A program made the translations under genes and the position numbers. A model generated the notes under the pieces. The model was not told the DNA's origin, ran no database searches, and saw nothing but the letters and a program-made list of their open reading frames with translations. DNA of 64,000 bases from Spironucleus salmonicida (Eukaryota). This document shows, piece after piece, positions 39,592 to 53,200 of the stretch (the first letter of the stretch is position 1; every line of letters begins with the position of its first letter). The stretch lies in contig NC_090599.1 in the NCBI RefSeq assembly GCF_000497125.1, positions 1,612,001-1,676,000 on the forward strand, written 5' to 3'.

Positions 39592-42486
39592 TATAAGTGT
39601 GTAGATTTTGGGGGAGAAACGTTGAATGGGCTATTTGGATTTTTTTTGTTGTTTAGAGGTAAAATTGAGTTTAATTAAGAGCGAACTGGCTGGCGAACTT
39701 TTCCTGCGCTATGGGGAGTAGAAATTGGAGATAATGGTAAGTTTCGTTAAGAGGCGTAGCTTGGTATATAAATTTTAGCCCAGTTAAATTTTTCATTATA
39801 GGACATAATGGCGAATGTGTGAAATTTTGATAGTATGAAGGTTCAGATTCATAGTTTGGGTGATAATTTTGGTATTAATTATTCAGTCAAATTTAAAATT
39901 TCATGGCCAATGTGATGTTAGATAATTAATTTTTAACAGTAAAAATAATAGCTTAAATAAATCGTTTAAAACTACTAAGGAGATGGAGAATAGAATGATA
40001 GAAGAATTCATAGCATAATAAAAATATACTTTCATAAATAAAAATATTTATGGTGAGGAAATTAACATACACAAGCAAATATATTAGACCCTCGACTTTT
40101 GATAGGAATCATTACTTCTTATTTCGTGTGATATGAATTTCCAATTTCTTATATTATCAAAAATAAAGAACTTACCATTGGTAATTCAAGAAATTATATT
40201 ATATAATAATCTAAATACGTATAACAATATATATTCTGTAATTTATTTATGCAAATATATATTTTATCAGGTGTCAAATTTTTATTGTCTATTCATATTA
40301 TTCATTAAAATATATAATAAAGATATAGTATTAGGAGGATAAGAATTTACTTTGCTTAGACTCAACATTGAATAAAGAATTAAGGAAAATAAGAAATTAG
40401 ATTATACAGTTTACTGTAAAATGAGTATGTGTGTATATGATTATACTCTTAATGATACTAATTTTCATATTTTTAACAATAGGCCAATTATCATATACAA
40501 TGGAAATAATAACAATCGCAGGAGGATTTTGTGAAACTAAATATCATCTAAATCTCGTTATCAAAATTGTATCGATTGATATGAAATAACTCTTTGGATT
40601 AGAAAGTTTTAATATCAAGTTTACACCAACCTCAATATTTATAGGATTATTATTTCATCAAAATTTCATTATTAGCATCTATTATACGAAATAACACATC
40701 ATAACCAGCATGCATAGTAAGTGGGCGATAAACTCTACTTGTATTGTTTTCAAGTCATAATCCCTCAGAAAAGCATATCTGATACTTTCCACTTATATTT
40801 TTTATTACCTCATATATTCCAACCCTACAATTCACATTTAAAAACACTCATTTACGCTGAGTCTACTAGATCCAATAAATCTCATTGACTGGTCAAAATT
40901 CGTAGAATTATGCCCAATAACTGCACCAGAAGCATCAGACCATCTAATCCCCATTTTTGTAGTATTACCAAAAATAGCCTAAACCGTACACTGAACAATT
41001 TCAAACCAGAGCACGTAAGCCTATCACTTAAACGTGTGGCACATCCAATCGCATCCAGCAACTCCAAATACGTTTATTACCATATCATAACGAAAAAGCG
41101 AGATAGTAGACTTCAATTTATATTTTGAGAACATTACTGAGAGACTCTTTCAGGAGTCGAGCGAAATCAATACTGAATAGTAGGTAGAATTTGCCAAACG
41201 GACCCAGACATCCGTGCATCATGAAATATTTTCATGAAATAGAGTCAAATCCGGAATAGCGCTAACGTCGTTTTTTTGGAGAAATACGAGGAATGTAAAC
41301 AACTTCAGTAGTCAGTATAGACATTATGGAGAGTTTTTGCGTAAATTTCAAATTTGCGATCAAGTTTGGTGTCCTTTTCGCTTGGACTAAGGCCAAAAAT
41401 GGCATTAATACTTCAAATGCTATATAGTAGTAAGGAGAAATTACTGTTGACTTGAATATGAGATAGTTGTATAGAATATAATGTATAAATATATAATGTA
41501 ATTTAGAGAATGCAGAATATATACTATTTACACTTTAGCACTGAGCCTATATTGGTTATGCCCAGAGGATATATATGATAATAGATATACTAGGCTAGCA
41601 CGCACTAGTGAAATACTAAGCTCGGTAAGTTAGTTAGCTAGCGTCCTCAAGCAGCTAGTTGCTAGCTAGCAAGAGCTAGGGTAAGATTAAAGCACGAATG
41701 AAGAGCTACATTTAATCGCACGGTAAGGATCCCCATCTGCCGCATTATACTATACCCCAATAGAAACATATCGGAATATATTCTATTAGACGAATTTGCA
41801 TATAACGAGGTTAGGGAGTATATTGCTAGCCTAAACTATTTATAATAGTATTTAGTATGAATATATCTAGTTATAATAATATCTACAAAAACGATACTGT
41901 GTTCGCAAAAGCAATCTAATACAGCGAGGAGAAGGGAAAGTTAATCAGAAAGTCAAAAACAAGAGATTAAAATTGCATATGGATATCATGTCCCGAGCGA
42001 GCATACTATAGTTTAGCTTCTGATGGGTTCGATGGATATGAAAACTTGCGTATAGAGCTAATCGTTCTATTTCGCTACAGCATTACTGGGAGGTTTTAGG
42101 CATCAAATGTATTGCAAGCACCTATTTCGTTAAGTACAAGACGATGCCTCGGTTGCCAATAAGTTTTGATATTGGGTCCTACATTCTTGGGCATGGAAGC
42201 ACAATATTGGACTTAGTGTATTCTGCTATTAAATAACACTTTCGGTACAATGGTGGTAGTAAGTTCTTATAGTAGTAATACTAGCAGTAATTCTACATTA
42301 CCTTTCACATATCAATACCACATATATTTAATATATGGGTAGAACTTAGCGAAGCGGATATGCTAGATGGGGAGTATGGTTCTGCCAGTAGGCACTTAGC
42401 ACGCCTGTAAGAATAAATGGCTGGGAAGTTTGGACATAAAGGTATCAGCTGGCTTTCTAATGTTTGCTTTAGCCGGTGGCGAGGAT

Positions 42487-45400
42487 AGCGCTAGCTGGTG
42501 GTCAGGATCCAGCGAGGTAGCAGCAATAACGTAATTTATCGAGAGCAGGGTTGAACTTATGCTAGCTTAGGACTTCCACATTTTGGTGCTACGAGGCTGA
42601 GTCGATGCTGTTGGCATACTGAATAATGGTTTACTCTTCATATTTGGCATAGGTGGCTGCTACTGAAGTGGGTACCACTAGTACGGTACCCCAAGTAGCT
42701 CCATAGACAGCACCAAGGCAGGCGTGAGTGGTACTGGGATAGTGCTTGATGAGTATGCAATACTATAGTATATATAGTAATATCTTAAATGGAGTTTAGT
42801 AGTATATATGCATTGGGAGTGGTGCTTATAAGGATATTTAGCATATTACTATTGTATTTATAGAATATACTACTATGCTTACTAATATATATTCACTTAT
42901 GAGCCCAGGTGCAAAGTACACTAAGAAGGCTATTCTCACTAGTAATGCAAGCACAGGCTATGCCGAAGACTGCTTGTATTTTATCTTTAATACCCGCATG
43001 ATGCATAATCTATCAAACATGATACTCTGCAGTCTCACCCGGTATGCTGCTTAAGACAGAAGCATAGGGATGGATGAGTTTTAAATGGTAACGACGACTC
43101 GCAGGATGAGTTTTACCAAAGCGAGGTCAGCGAGAGTGTGGCTATCAGGGTGACGAGATGGCGCTAGCTGGTAGTCAGGACCCAGCGAGGTAGCAATATC
43201 ATAATTTATTAAGAACAGGACTGAGATTATGCTAGCTTAGGCCTTCCACATTTTGGTGCTACGAGGCTGAGTCGATGCTGTTGGCATAGTGAATAATGGC
43301 TTAACCTTCATATTTGGCATAGCTGCCTGCTACTGAACTGGGTACCACTAGTACGGTACCCCAAGTAGCTCCATAGACAGCACGAAGGCAGGCATGAGTG
43401 GTACTGGGATAGTGCTTGATGAGTATGCAATACTATAGTATATATAGTAATATCTTAATTGGAGTTTAGTAGTATATATGCATTGGGAGTGGTGCTTGTA
43501 AGGATATTTAGTATATACTATTGTATTTATATAATATACTACTATGCTTACTAATATATATTCACTTATGAGCCCAGGTGCAAAGTACACTAAGAAGGCT
43601 ATTCTCACTAGTAATGCAAGCACAGGCTATGCCGAAGACTGCTTGTATTTTATCTTTAATACCCGCATGATGCATAATCTATCAAAAATGGTATTCTGCA
43701 GTCTCACTCGGTATGCTGCTTAAGACAGAAGCATAGGGATGGATGAGTTTTAAATGGTAACGACGACTCGCAGGATGAGTTTTACCAAAGCCAGGTCAGC
43801 GAGAGTGTGGCTATTAGGGTGACGAGATGGCGCTAGCTGGTGGTCAGGACCCAGCGAGGTAGCAATATCATAATTTAGCAAGAATAGGACTGAACTTATG
43901 CTAGCTTAGGCCTTCCACATCTTGGTGCTACGAGGCTGAGTTGCGGCTGTTGGCATAGTGAATAATGGTTTACTCTTCATATTTGGCATAACTGGCTGCT
44001 ACTGAAGTGGGTACCACTAGTACGGTACCCCAAGTAGCTCCATAGACAGCACCAAGGCAGGCATGAGTGGTACTGGCGTAGTGATTGATGACAATACAAT
44101 ACTATAGTATATATAGTAATAGCTTAAATGGAGTTTAGTAGTATATATGCATTGGGAGTGGTGCTTGTAAGGATATTTAGTATATACTATTGTATTTATA
44201 GAATATACTACTATACTTACTAATACATATTCACTTATTAACCTAGGTACAAGGTACACTAGGAAGGGTATTCTTACTAGTAATGCAAGCACAGGTTATG
44301 CCGAATACTGATTGTATTCTATGTGTAGTACCTGCCTGCTACTGAAGTGGGTACCACCAGTACTGGTACCCCAAGTAGCTCCATAGACAGCACCAAGGCA
44401 GGCATGAGTGGTACTGGGATAGTGCTTGATGACAATACAATACTATAGTATATATAGTAATAGCTTAAATGGAGTTTAGTAGTATATATGCATTGGGAGT
44501 GGTGCTTGTAAGGATATTTAGTATATACTATTGTATTTATAGAATATACTACTATACTTACTAATACATATTCACTTATTAACCTAGGTACAAGGTACAC
44601 TAGGAAGGGTATTCTCACTAGTAATGCAAGCACAGGCTATGCCGAATACTGGTTGTATTCTATCTTTAATACCAGGATGATGCATAATCTATCAAAAATG
44701 GTATTCTGCAGTCTCACTCGGTATGCTGCTTAAGACAGAAGCATAGGGATGGATGAGTTTTAAATGGTAACGACGACTCGCAGGATGAGTTTTACCAAAG
44801 CCAGGTCAGCGAGAGTGTGGCTATCAGGGTGACGAGATGGCGCTAGCTGGTAGTCAGGACCCAGCGAGGTAGCAATATCATAATTTATCGGGAGCAGGGT
44901 TGAACTTATGCTAGCTTAGGCCTTCCACATCTTGGTGCTACGAGGCTGAGTTGCGGCTGTTGGCATAGTGAATAATGGCTTACTCTTCATATTTGGCATA
45001 ACTGGCTGCTACTGAAGTGGGTACCACTAGTACGGTACCCCAAGTAGCTCCATAGACAGCACCAAGGCAGGCATGAGTGGTACTGGCGTAGTGATTGATG
45101 ACAATACAATACTATAGTATATATAGTAATAGCTTAAATGGAGTTTAGTAGTATATATGCATTGGGAGTGGTGCTTGTAAGGATATTTAGTATATACTAT
45201 TGTATTTATAGAATATACTACTATACTTACTAATACATATTCACTTATTAACCTAGGTACAAGGTACACTAGGAAGGGTATTCTCACTAGTAATGCAAGC
45301 ACAGGCTATGCCGAAGACTGCTTGTATTCTATGTGTAGTACCTGCCTGCTACTGAAGTGGGTACCACCAGTACTGGTACCCCAAGTAGCTCCATAGATAG

Positions 45401-48400
45401 CACCAAGGCAGGCATGAGTGGTACTGGCGTAGTGATTGATGACAATACAATACTATAGTATATATAGTAATAGCTTAAATGGAGTTTAGTAGTATATATG
45501 CATTGGGAGTGGTGCTTGTAAGGATATTTAGTATATACTATTGTATTTATAGAATATACTACTATACTTACTAATACATATTCACTTATTAACCTAGGTA
45601 CAAGGTACACTAGGAAGGGTATTCTCACTAGTAATGCAAGCACAGGCTATGCCGAATACTGGTTGTATTCTATCTTTAATACCAGGATGATGCATAATCT
45701 ATCAAAAATGGTATTCTGCAGTCTCACTCGGTATGCTGCTTAAGACAGAAGCATAGGGATGGATGAGTTTTAAATGGTAACGACGACTCGCAGGATGAGT
45801 TTTACCAAAGCCAGGTCAGCGAGAGTGTGGCTATCAGGGTGACGAGATGGCGCTAGCTGGTAGTCAGGACCCAGCGAGGTAGCAATATCATAATTTATCG
45901 GGAGCAGGGTTGAACTTATGCTAGCTTAGGCCTTCCACATCTTGGTGCTACGAGGCTGAGTTGCGGCTGTTGGCATAGTGAATAATGGCTTACTCTTCAT
46001 ATTTGGCATAACTGGCTGCTACTGAAGTGGGTACCACTAGTACGGTACCCCAAGTAGCTCCATAGACAGCACCAAGGCAGGCATGAGTGGTACTGGCGTA
46101 GTGATTGATGACAATACAATACTATAGTATATATAGTAATAGCTTAAATGGAGTTTAGTAGTATATATGCATTGGGAGTGGTGCTTGTAAGGATATTTAG
46201 TATATACTATTGTATTTATAGAATATACTACTATACTTACTAATACATATTCACTTATTAACCTAGGTACAAGGTACACTAGGAAGGGTATTCTCACTAG
46301 TAATGCAAGCACAGGCTATGCCGAAGACTGCTTGTATTCTATGTGTAGTACCTGCCTGCTACTGAAGTGGGTACCACCAGTACTGGTACCCCAAGTAGCT
46401 CCATAGATAGCACCAAGGCAGGCATGAGTGGTACTGGCGTAGTGATTGATGACAATACAATACTATAGTATATATAGTAATAGCTTAAATGGAGTTTAGT
46501 AGTATATATGCATTGGGAGTGGTGCTTGTAAGGATATTTAGTATATACTATTGTATTTATAGAATATACTACTATACTTACTAATACATATTCACTTATT
46601 AACCTAGGTACAAGGTACACTAGGAAGGGTATTCTCACTAGTAATGCAAGCACAGGCTATGCCGAATACTGGTTGTATTCTATCTTTAATACCAGGATGA
46701 TGCATAATCTATCAAAAATGGTATTCTGCAGTCTCACTCGGTATGCTGCTTAAGACAGAAGCATAGGGATGGATGAGTTTTAAATGGTAACGACGACTCG
46801 CAGGATGAGTTTTACCAAAGCCAGGTCAGCGAGAGTGTGGCTATCAGGGTGACGAGATGGCGCTAGCTGGTAGTCAGGACCCAGCGAGGTAGCAATATCA
46901 TAATTTATCGGGAGCAGGGTTGAACTTATGCTAGCTTAGGCCTTCCACATTTTGGTGCTACGAGGCTGAGTTGCGGCTGTTGGCATAGTGAATAATGGCT
47001 TACTCTTCATATTTGGCATAACTGGCTGCTACTGAAGTGGGTACCACTAGTACGGTACCCCAAGTAGCTCCATAGACAGCACCAAGGCAGGCATGAGTGG
47101 TACTGGCGTAGTGATTGATGACAATACAATACTATAGTATATATAGTAATAGCTTAAATGGAGTTTAGTAGTATATATGCATTGGGAGTGGTGCTTGTAA
47201 GGATATTTAGTATATACTATTGTATTTATAGAATATACTACTATACTTACTAATACATATTCACTTATTAACCTAGGTACAAGGTACACTAGGAAGGGTA
47301 TTCTCACTAGTAATGCAAGCACAGGCTATGCCGAAGACTGCTTGTATTCTATGTGTAGTACCTGCCTGCTACTGAAGTGGGTACCACCAGTACTGGTACC
47401 CCAAGTAGCTCCATAGACAGCACCAAGGCAGGCATGAGTGGTACTGGGATAGTGCTTGATGAGTATGCAATACTATAGTATATATAGTAATAGCTTAAAT
47501 GGAGTTTAGTAGTATATATGCATTGGGAGTGGTGCTTGTAAGGATATTTAGTATATACTATTGTATTTATAGAATATACTACTATACTTACTAATACATA
47601 TTCACTTATTAACCTAGGTACAAGGTACACTAGGAAGGGTATTCTCACTAGTAATGCAAGCACAGGCTATGCCGAAGACTGCTTGTATTCTATGTGTAGT
47701 ACCTGCCTGCTACTGAAGTGGGTACCACCAGTACTGGTACCCCAAGTAGCTCCATAGATAGCACCAAGGCAGGCATGAGTGGTACTGGCGTAGTGATTGA
47801 TGACAATACAATACTATAGTATATATAGTAATAGCTTAAATGGAGTTTAGTAGTATATATGCATTGGGAGTGGTGCTTGTAAGGATATTTAGTATATACT
47901 ATTGTATTTATAGAATATACTACTATACTTACTAATACATATTCACTTATTAACCTAGGTACAAGGTACACTAGGAAGGGTATTCTCACTAGTAATGCAA
48001 GCACAGGCTATGCCGAAGACTGATTGTATTCTATGTGTAGTACCTGCCTGCTACTGAAGTGGGTACCACCAGTACTGGTACCCCAAGTAGCTCCATAGAC
48101 AGCACCAAGGCAGGCATGAGTGGTACTGGGATAGTGCTTGATGACAATACAATACTATAGTATATATAGTAATAGCTTAAATGGAGTTTAGTAGTATATA
48201 TGCATTGGGAGTGGTGCTTGTAAGGATATTTAGTATATACTATTGTATTTATATAATATACTACTATGCTTACTAATATATATTCACTTATGAGCCCAGG
48301 TGCAAAGTACACTAAGAAGGCTATTCTCACTAGTAATGCAAGCACAGGCTATGCCGAAGACTGCTTGTATTTTATCTTTAATACCCGCATGATGCATAAT

Positions 48401-49860
48401 CTATCAAAAATGGTATTCTGCAGTCTCACTCGGTATGCTGCTTAAGACAGAAGCATAGGGATGGATGAGTTTTAAATGGTAACGACGACTCGCAGGATGA
48501 GTTTTACCAAAGCCAGGTCAGCGAGAGTGTGGCTATTAGGGTGACGAGATGGCGCTAGCTGGTGGTCAGGACCCAGCGAGGTAGCAATATCATAATTTAG
48601 CAAGAATAGGACTGAACTTATGCTAGCTTAGGCCTTCCACATCTTGGTGCTACGAGGCTGAGTTGCGGCTGTTGGCATAGTGAATAATGGTTTACTCTTC
48701 ATATTTGGCATAACTGGCTGCTACTGAAGTGGGTACCACTAGTACGGTACCCCAAGTAGCTCCATAGACAGCACCAAGGCAGGCATGAGTGGTACTGGGA
48801 TAGTGCTTGATGAGTATGCAATACTATAGTATATATAGTAATATCTTAATTGGAGTTTAGTAGTATATATGCATTGGGAGTGGTGCCTATAAGGATATTT
48901 AGTATATTACTATTGTACTTATATAATATACTACTATACTTACTAATACATATTCACTTATTAACCTAGGTACAAGGTACACTAGGAAGGGTATTCTTAC
49001 TAGTAATGCAAGCACAGGTTATGCCGAATACTGATTGTATTCTATGTGTAGTACCTGCCTGCTACTGAAGTGGGTACCACCAGTACTGGTACCCCAAGTA
49101 GCTCCATAGATAGCACCAAGGCAGGCATGAGTGGTACTGGCGTAGTGATTGATGACAATACAATACTATAGTATATATAGTAATAGCTTAAATGGAGTTT
49201 AGTAGTATATATGCATTGGGAGTGGTGCTTGTAAGGATATTTAGTATATACTATTGTATTTATAGAATATACTACTATACTTACTAATACATATTCACTT
49301 ATTAACCTAGGTACAAGGTACACTAGGAAGGGTATTCTCACTAGTAATGCAAGCACAGGCTATGCCGAAGACTGCTTGTATTCTATGTGTAGTACCTGCC
49401 TGCTACTGAAGTGGGTACCACCAGTACTGGTACCCCAAGTAGCTCCATAGATAGCACCAAGGCAGGCATGAGTGGTACTGGCGTAGTGATTGATGACAAT
49501 ACAATACTATAGTATATATAGTAATAGCTTAAATGGAGTTTAGTAGTATATATGCATTGGGAGTGGTGCTTGTAAGGATATTTAGTATATACTATTGTAT
49601 TTATAGAATATACTACTATACTTACTAATACATATTCACTTATTAACCTAGGTACAAGGTACACTAGGAAGGGTATTCTCACTAGTAATGCAAGCACAGG
49701 CTATGCCGAATACTGGTTGTATTCTATCTTTAATACCAGGATGATGCATAATCTATCAAAAATGGTATTCTGCAGTCTCACTCGGTATGCTGCTTAAGAC
49801 AGAAGCATAGGGATGGATGAGTTTTAAATGGTAACGACGACTCGCTAGGATGAGTTTTAC
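42487..49860. repeat. Higher-order tandem array: 15 A units (~341 bp), 6 full and 2 partial B units (~329 bp); order (b)A B A B AA B AA B AA B AAAA B AAA(b)
   Basis: Anchor GCTACTGAA at 42659, 43329, 43998, 44338, 45008, 45348, 46018, 46358, 47028, 47368, 47709, 48050, 48720, 49061, 49402 (spacings ~670 or ~340). A 1010-bp AAB period recurs three times, 43998-47028. Confidence 0.95.
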
Positions 49861-50225
49861 TGAAGAGCAGCGAAATCAGCAGAAGATGGTACTTATTGCA
49901 TCTAGTAACGATAGGGATGCGTGGGATCATGCATAGCGGATGAGCTAATGTATTTTTAGGAAACTCCTATATTTACTAATAATGCGTAATAGTTAAGTAG
50001 TATTGTATATTGATAATTCCTTACTAGCGCTGAAAGGCAGATGGTATAGTTACACGAGTTCATTTTATACTTTTTAGTTCGTAAAACGCTTAACATTCAT
50101 TAATTATAATATGTATTAAATTATGTATTATAAATGCAAGTAGAGTTTTTTCTTCAAAGTATAATATTATATTAATGTATAATATTAATATATTTTACTT
50201 TACATCTTTCCTCTTTCCTTCTTAA

Positions 50226-53200
50226 ATGACTGCAGATTTATCTATCGAGTTTGAATTATTACCACCCTTGATTGTAAAGGGCTAAGATGACACTGCTGAT
50301 AAAGAATAATAAAGCATCAAATTCACTATAAGAAATAATGAAATTATTTAATCATTCTAGCTTGATAAGGAATAAGAGTATATTCTACGAACAACTATTA
50401 CATCGAAAGACCAACTTTGCGCTATGTAAGTCATTCTTCTTTACATGAAGCTAGAGAAAATTGCACAGAATGTATAATTTTAGATAGTATAGTTTAAAGA
50501 GATACTTACATTAAAAGATTCAAAATTTTGGGCTAATATCGGCCTTGTCGCATCACAGATGGGGCTTATGGTACTTTCGATAAAATGCACCTGCGAACCT
50601 GATTTAGCTTTATTTGCATAGAGCATCGAAGGTTATGATTTGTAGTATTTTTCGCTTTACAATAGTTTCGACACGGAATAACTTCTCTAGCCTGAAGTTA
50701 TAGAAGATTTAAATTTTCATGAAAATCAGGTACTGTTGTAGCTAGCAGCTATTAAGTACCAGACGGTAGGAGAGTATCCTCTAATTCTGCCGTTGATTTT
50801 TGGCTACTCGGCATTCAGGTTGTATGATGTTTAGTTTAAAAAGTTAAAGAGGTATAAGTAGGAAAAATAATTGTATGGTAAAGACTTGGATTTGCTTAGA
50901 AAAATATTTTCTGTATCTAATAAGATTTACAATGGAGAAGCATTCACAGAAAAAGAACAGTTGAAATAATTTGATCTTATAAATCTGTTCCAGCTCCCCA
51001 CCCACTTTCTCGGCACCGGGATCTGCCTGTTCATGTTCCAACAGCTCTGCCACGTGTCCTACCTCTTCAAGGCGGAGTATTTTGCATTATTCTCGTTGGT
51101 TAAAAATGATCTTAACGACACTCTTACGAATGCTGTCATAAGCCAGAGCTCCAAATCTGGGAAAAGCGTAGCTCTCTACACGCAGTACTTTTTCCACCTC
51201 CTGAAGGGGAATGTTCCAATTTTGCTCAATAAGGAAGGATCTGATGAGTAACCTCTATATAAGTACAGGACACACTCATTTCACGAGCAACTAGTTGCCT
51301 AGTATAAAAATACATTCAAGTTGCAGGATTTAAAAAATTACAAAGAAAAAGTACTTGCTGATGTTTGTAAATTCCATACCTTTCAGTTGGAAAGCTTAGA
51401 CTAGATGTCTTTTATTTACTAGACTATGATTATATTTATTAACAAAATTCAGGGCAACTTGTAATTAGTTCAAAAGCTAAAATACGATAATTCTATATAG
51501 TTGCAATTCGATTAACTAAAAGTAGCTTCGTTTTTCATTATAGATACTGCAAATATTATAAATGATATAGACTAAGTATTTCTTGAATAACAAAAGCGAA
51601 ATAATATATAATTGAAGCACCCTATCATTTTGGTAGATGAGTGCTTGCAGTCATAGAAGGAGAAGTTTTCGAAATGCGTTAAGTTGTGTTAGTTATTGTT
51701 CGTATATTACGAGAAAAAGCTAATCAAGTTTGGTAAGAAACGGTATGCTAAGATTTAAGCAACACTTTCTATTCAAGAATTTTAAAAGATAGACATATTA
51801 GGAGATGTCAAAAACAAAAAATATAATTTAGCTATCAATGTTATTTCACAACTTCTGAACATTAACTTGTTGGCAGCAGCAAAGCAAAAACTGAACTAAC
51901 TTAGTGTGACAGGTCGATTCTAAAATAAAGGTATAGACTTGTACCAAACTCTTGAAGACATCATAGCCAGTATATAGTTTAAGCAAAAAAATGAGATATT
52001 TAGTATTATGCAGTCCAACTAATAAGTTATAATAGAATATTTTAAATCACTCAAGGACATACTAGGAAAATCAGAATATATTCACATAGCTATGGAGTAC
52101 CTTCACCTCGAGATTGCTGATTACGACATTCTTGACGAGTTAGTTGTTTACTCACCGCAGATATTGAATATTAGGAACAGATAAACATTTCGATAGATAT
52201 TCTTTAAGGGAATGGTGTCGTACAGGAATCGGGTCCAGTACTATTAAGATTTTGAAACGAATTTCTACAAATTGATCCTATCGTTGTTCAACCCCAGAGG
52301 GGTCGAAACAGCGTTTTGGAAAACATTTTCAGTTATTGCATTTAAGAAAATTGAAGAGAGCTAAGTGGATGACTAGTTATCCAAGGATAAAAAAGAAGAA
52401 AAAACTACTGGTGAGAATACTTCCTCTAAAGGTTAGCAGGGCATGCTAAAATAATATTGGTCTTCTTCAGTCCAGTCTTTAATATGCGAATATTTTATGA
52501 ATATAAATACAAAGAATTTACATTAAAATCTATAATTGATGATTGAAAAACTACCAAAAATGGTTGAAAAATACAGTACTAAATACGAGACACCTAATTT
52601 TGATTATGTTACGGTTATAATGGTGGGAACAGACCTTACCGTCATAAATTTCCTTACAGTCAATTAATTTTCCTATAATATCTTATCAAGCAGAGTGGGC
52701 GTAAAGTATATTAACGCATAGATATTAGGATATGTTCAGCCTCATGCGTCATTGCTGTCTAGCTTTCAGTACGAGCAGCGCCGGGTGGTAGTGGATGCTG
52801 CTGGTTATACCTAGGCTGTAGATGCTATACCAGGTAGAGTCAATAAATTTGCTGAAGAAACACCAATTTTGGTATCGCTGCTGTACTCGATGATGACGGA
52901 AAAGTCGGTTGAGATGTAGTTCATGTGTTCTTCCATATGCCCTTCTATATGGTTCCTCAAAGACAAAGAGTCAAAACAACTTAATAATTTTAATGGCGTT
53001 AAGCGTCACAAAATTACTGTGAACAATGTGAAAGTCGACGTATATTAGATGTGCAGTCTTACCTAGACTTTCGAAAATATTATTATAAGCAAAGATGTTG
53101 ATGAAGTTAAAAATTTTGTACTGAATAAAGGTACACACAAATTTGATTTATTGAATAATAGTGCTCAATACAATATTAGTTGTATAGCATCGACAACGCT

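Noticed and set aside
1-39600. Mass pseudogenisation suggested by fragmented standard-code ORFs
   Set aside because: The interruptions are TAA/TAG at Gln positions and the frames are intact under TAR=Gln.
40500-40994. ~164-codon TGA-free + frame (MEIITIAGGF...)
   Set aside because: No recognisable motif, no AGTGA end, and it lies in a skewed gene-poor island; it cannot be supported without expression data.
42499-42524. SRP RNA helix-8-like motif GGTCAGGATCCAGCGAGGTAGCAGC in the B unit
   Set aside because: It resembles GGUCAGGUCC-GGAA-GGAAGCAGCC, but the loop is 6 nt rather than a closed GNRA tetraloop, the best match is the most degenerate copy, and no other SRP helices were seen. A cmscan would settle it.
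43135-43200. 5S rRNA-like words (AGCGCCATCTCGTC on the minus strand) in the B unit
   Set aside because: Only a short partial match; the rest of the 5S sequence and its terminal helix are absent.
43348-49697. Repeated 91/104-aa minus-strand ORFs (MLALLVRI...) as a tandem gene family
   Set aside because: They start at GTG, end at TAG (Gln in this code), have Y/I/V-biased composition from AT palindromes, the 341-bp unit is not a multiple of 3, and one copy (~48.7-49.0 kb) is frameshifted.
42487-49860. CRISPR-like array
   Set aside because: Units are hundreds of bp with no unique spacers, there are no cas genes, and the context is eukaryotic.
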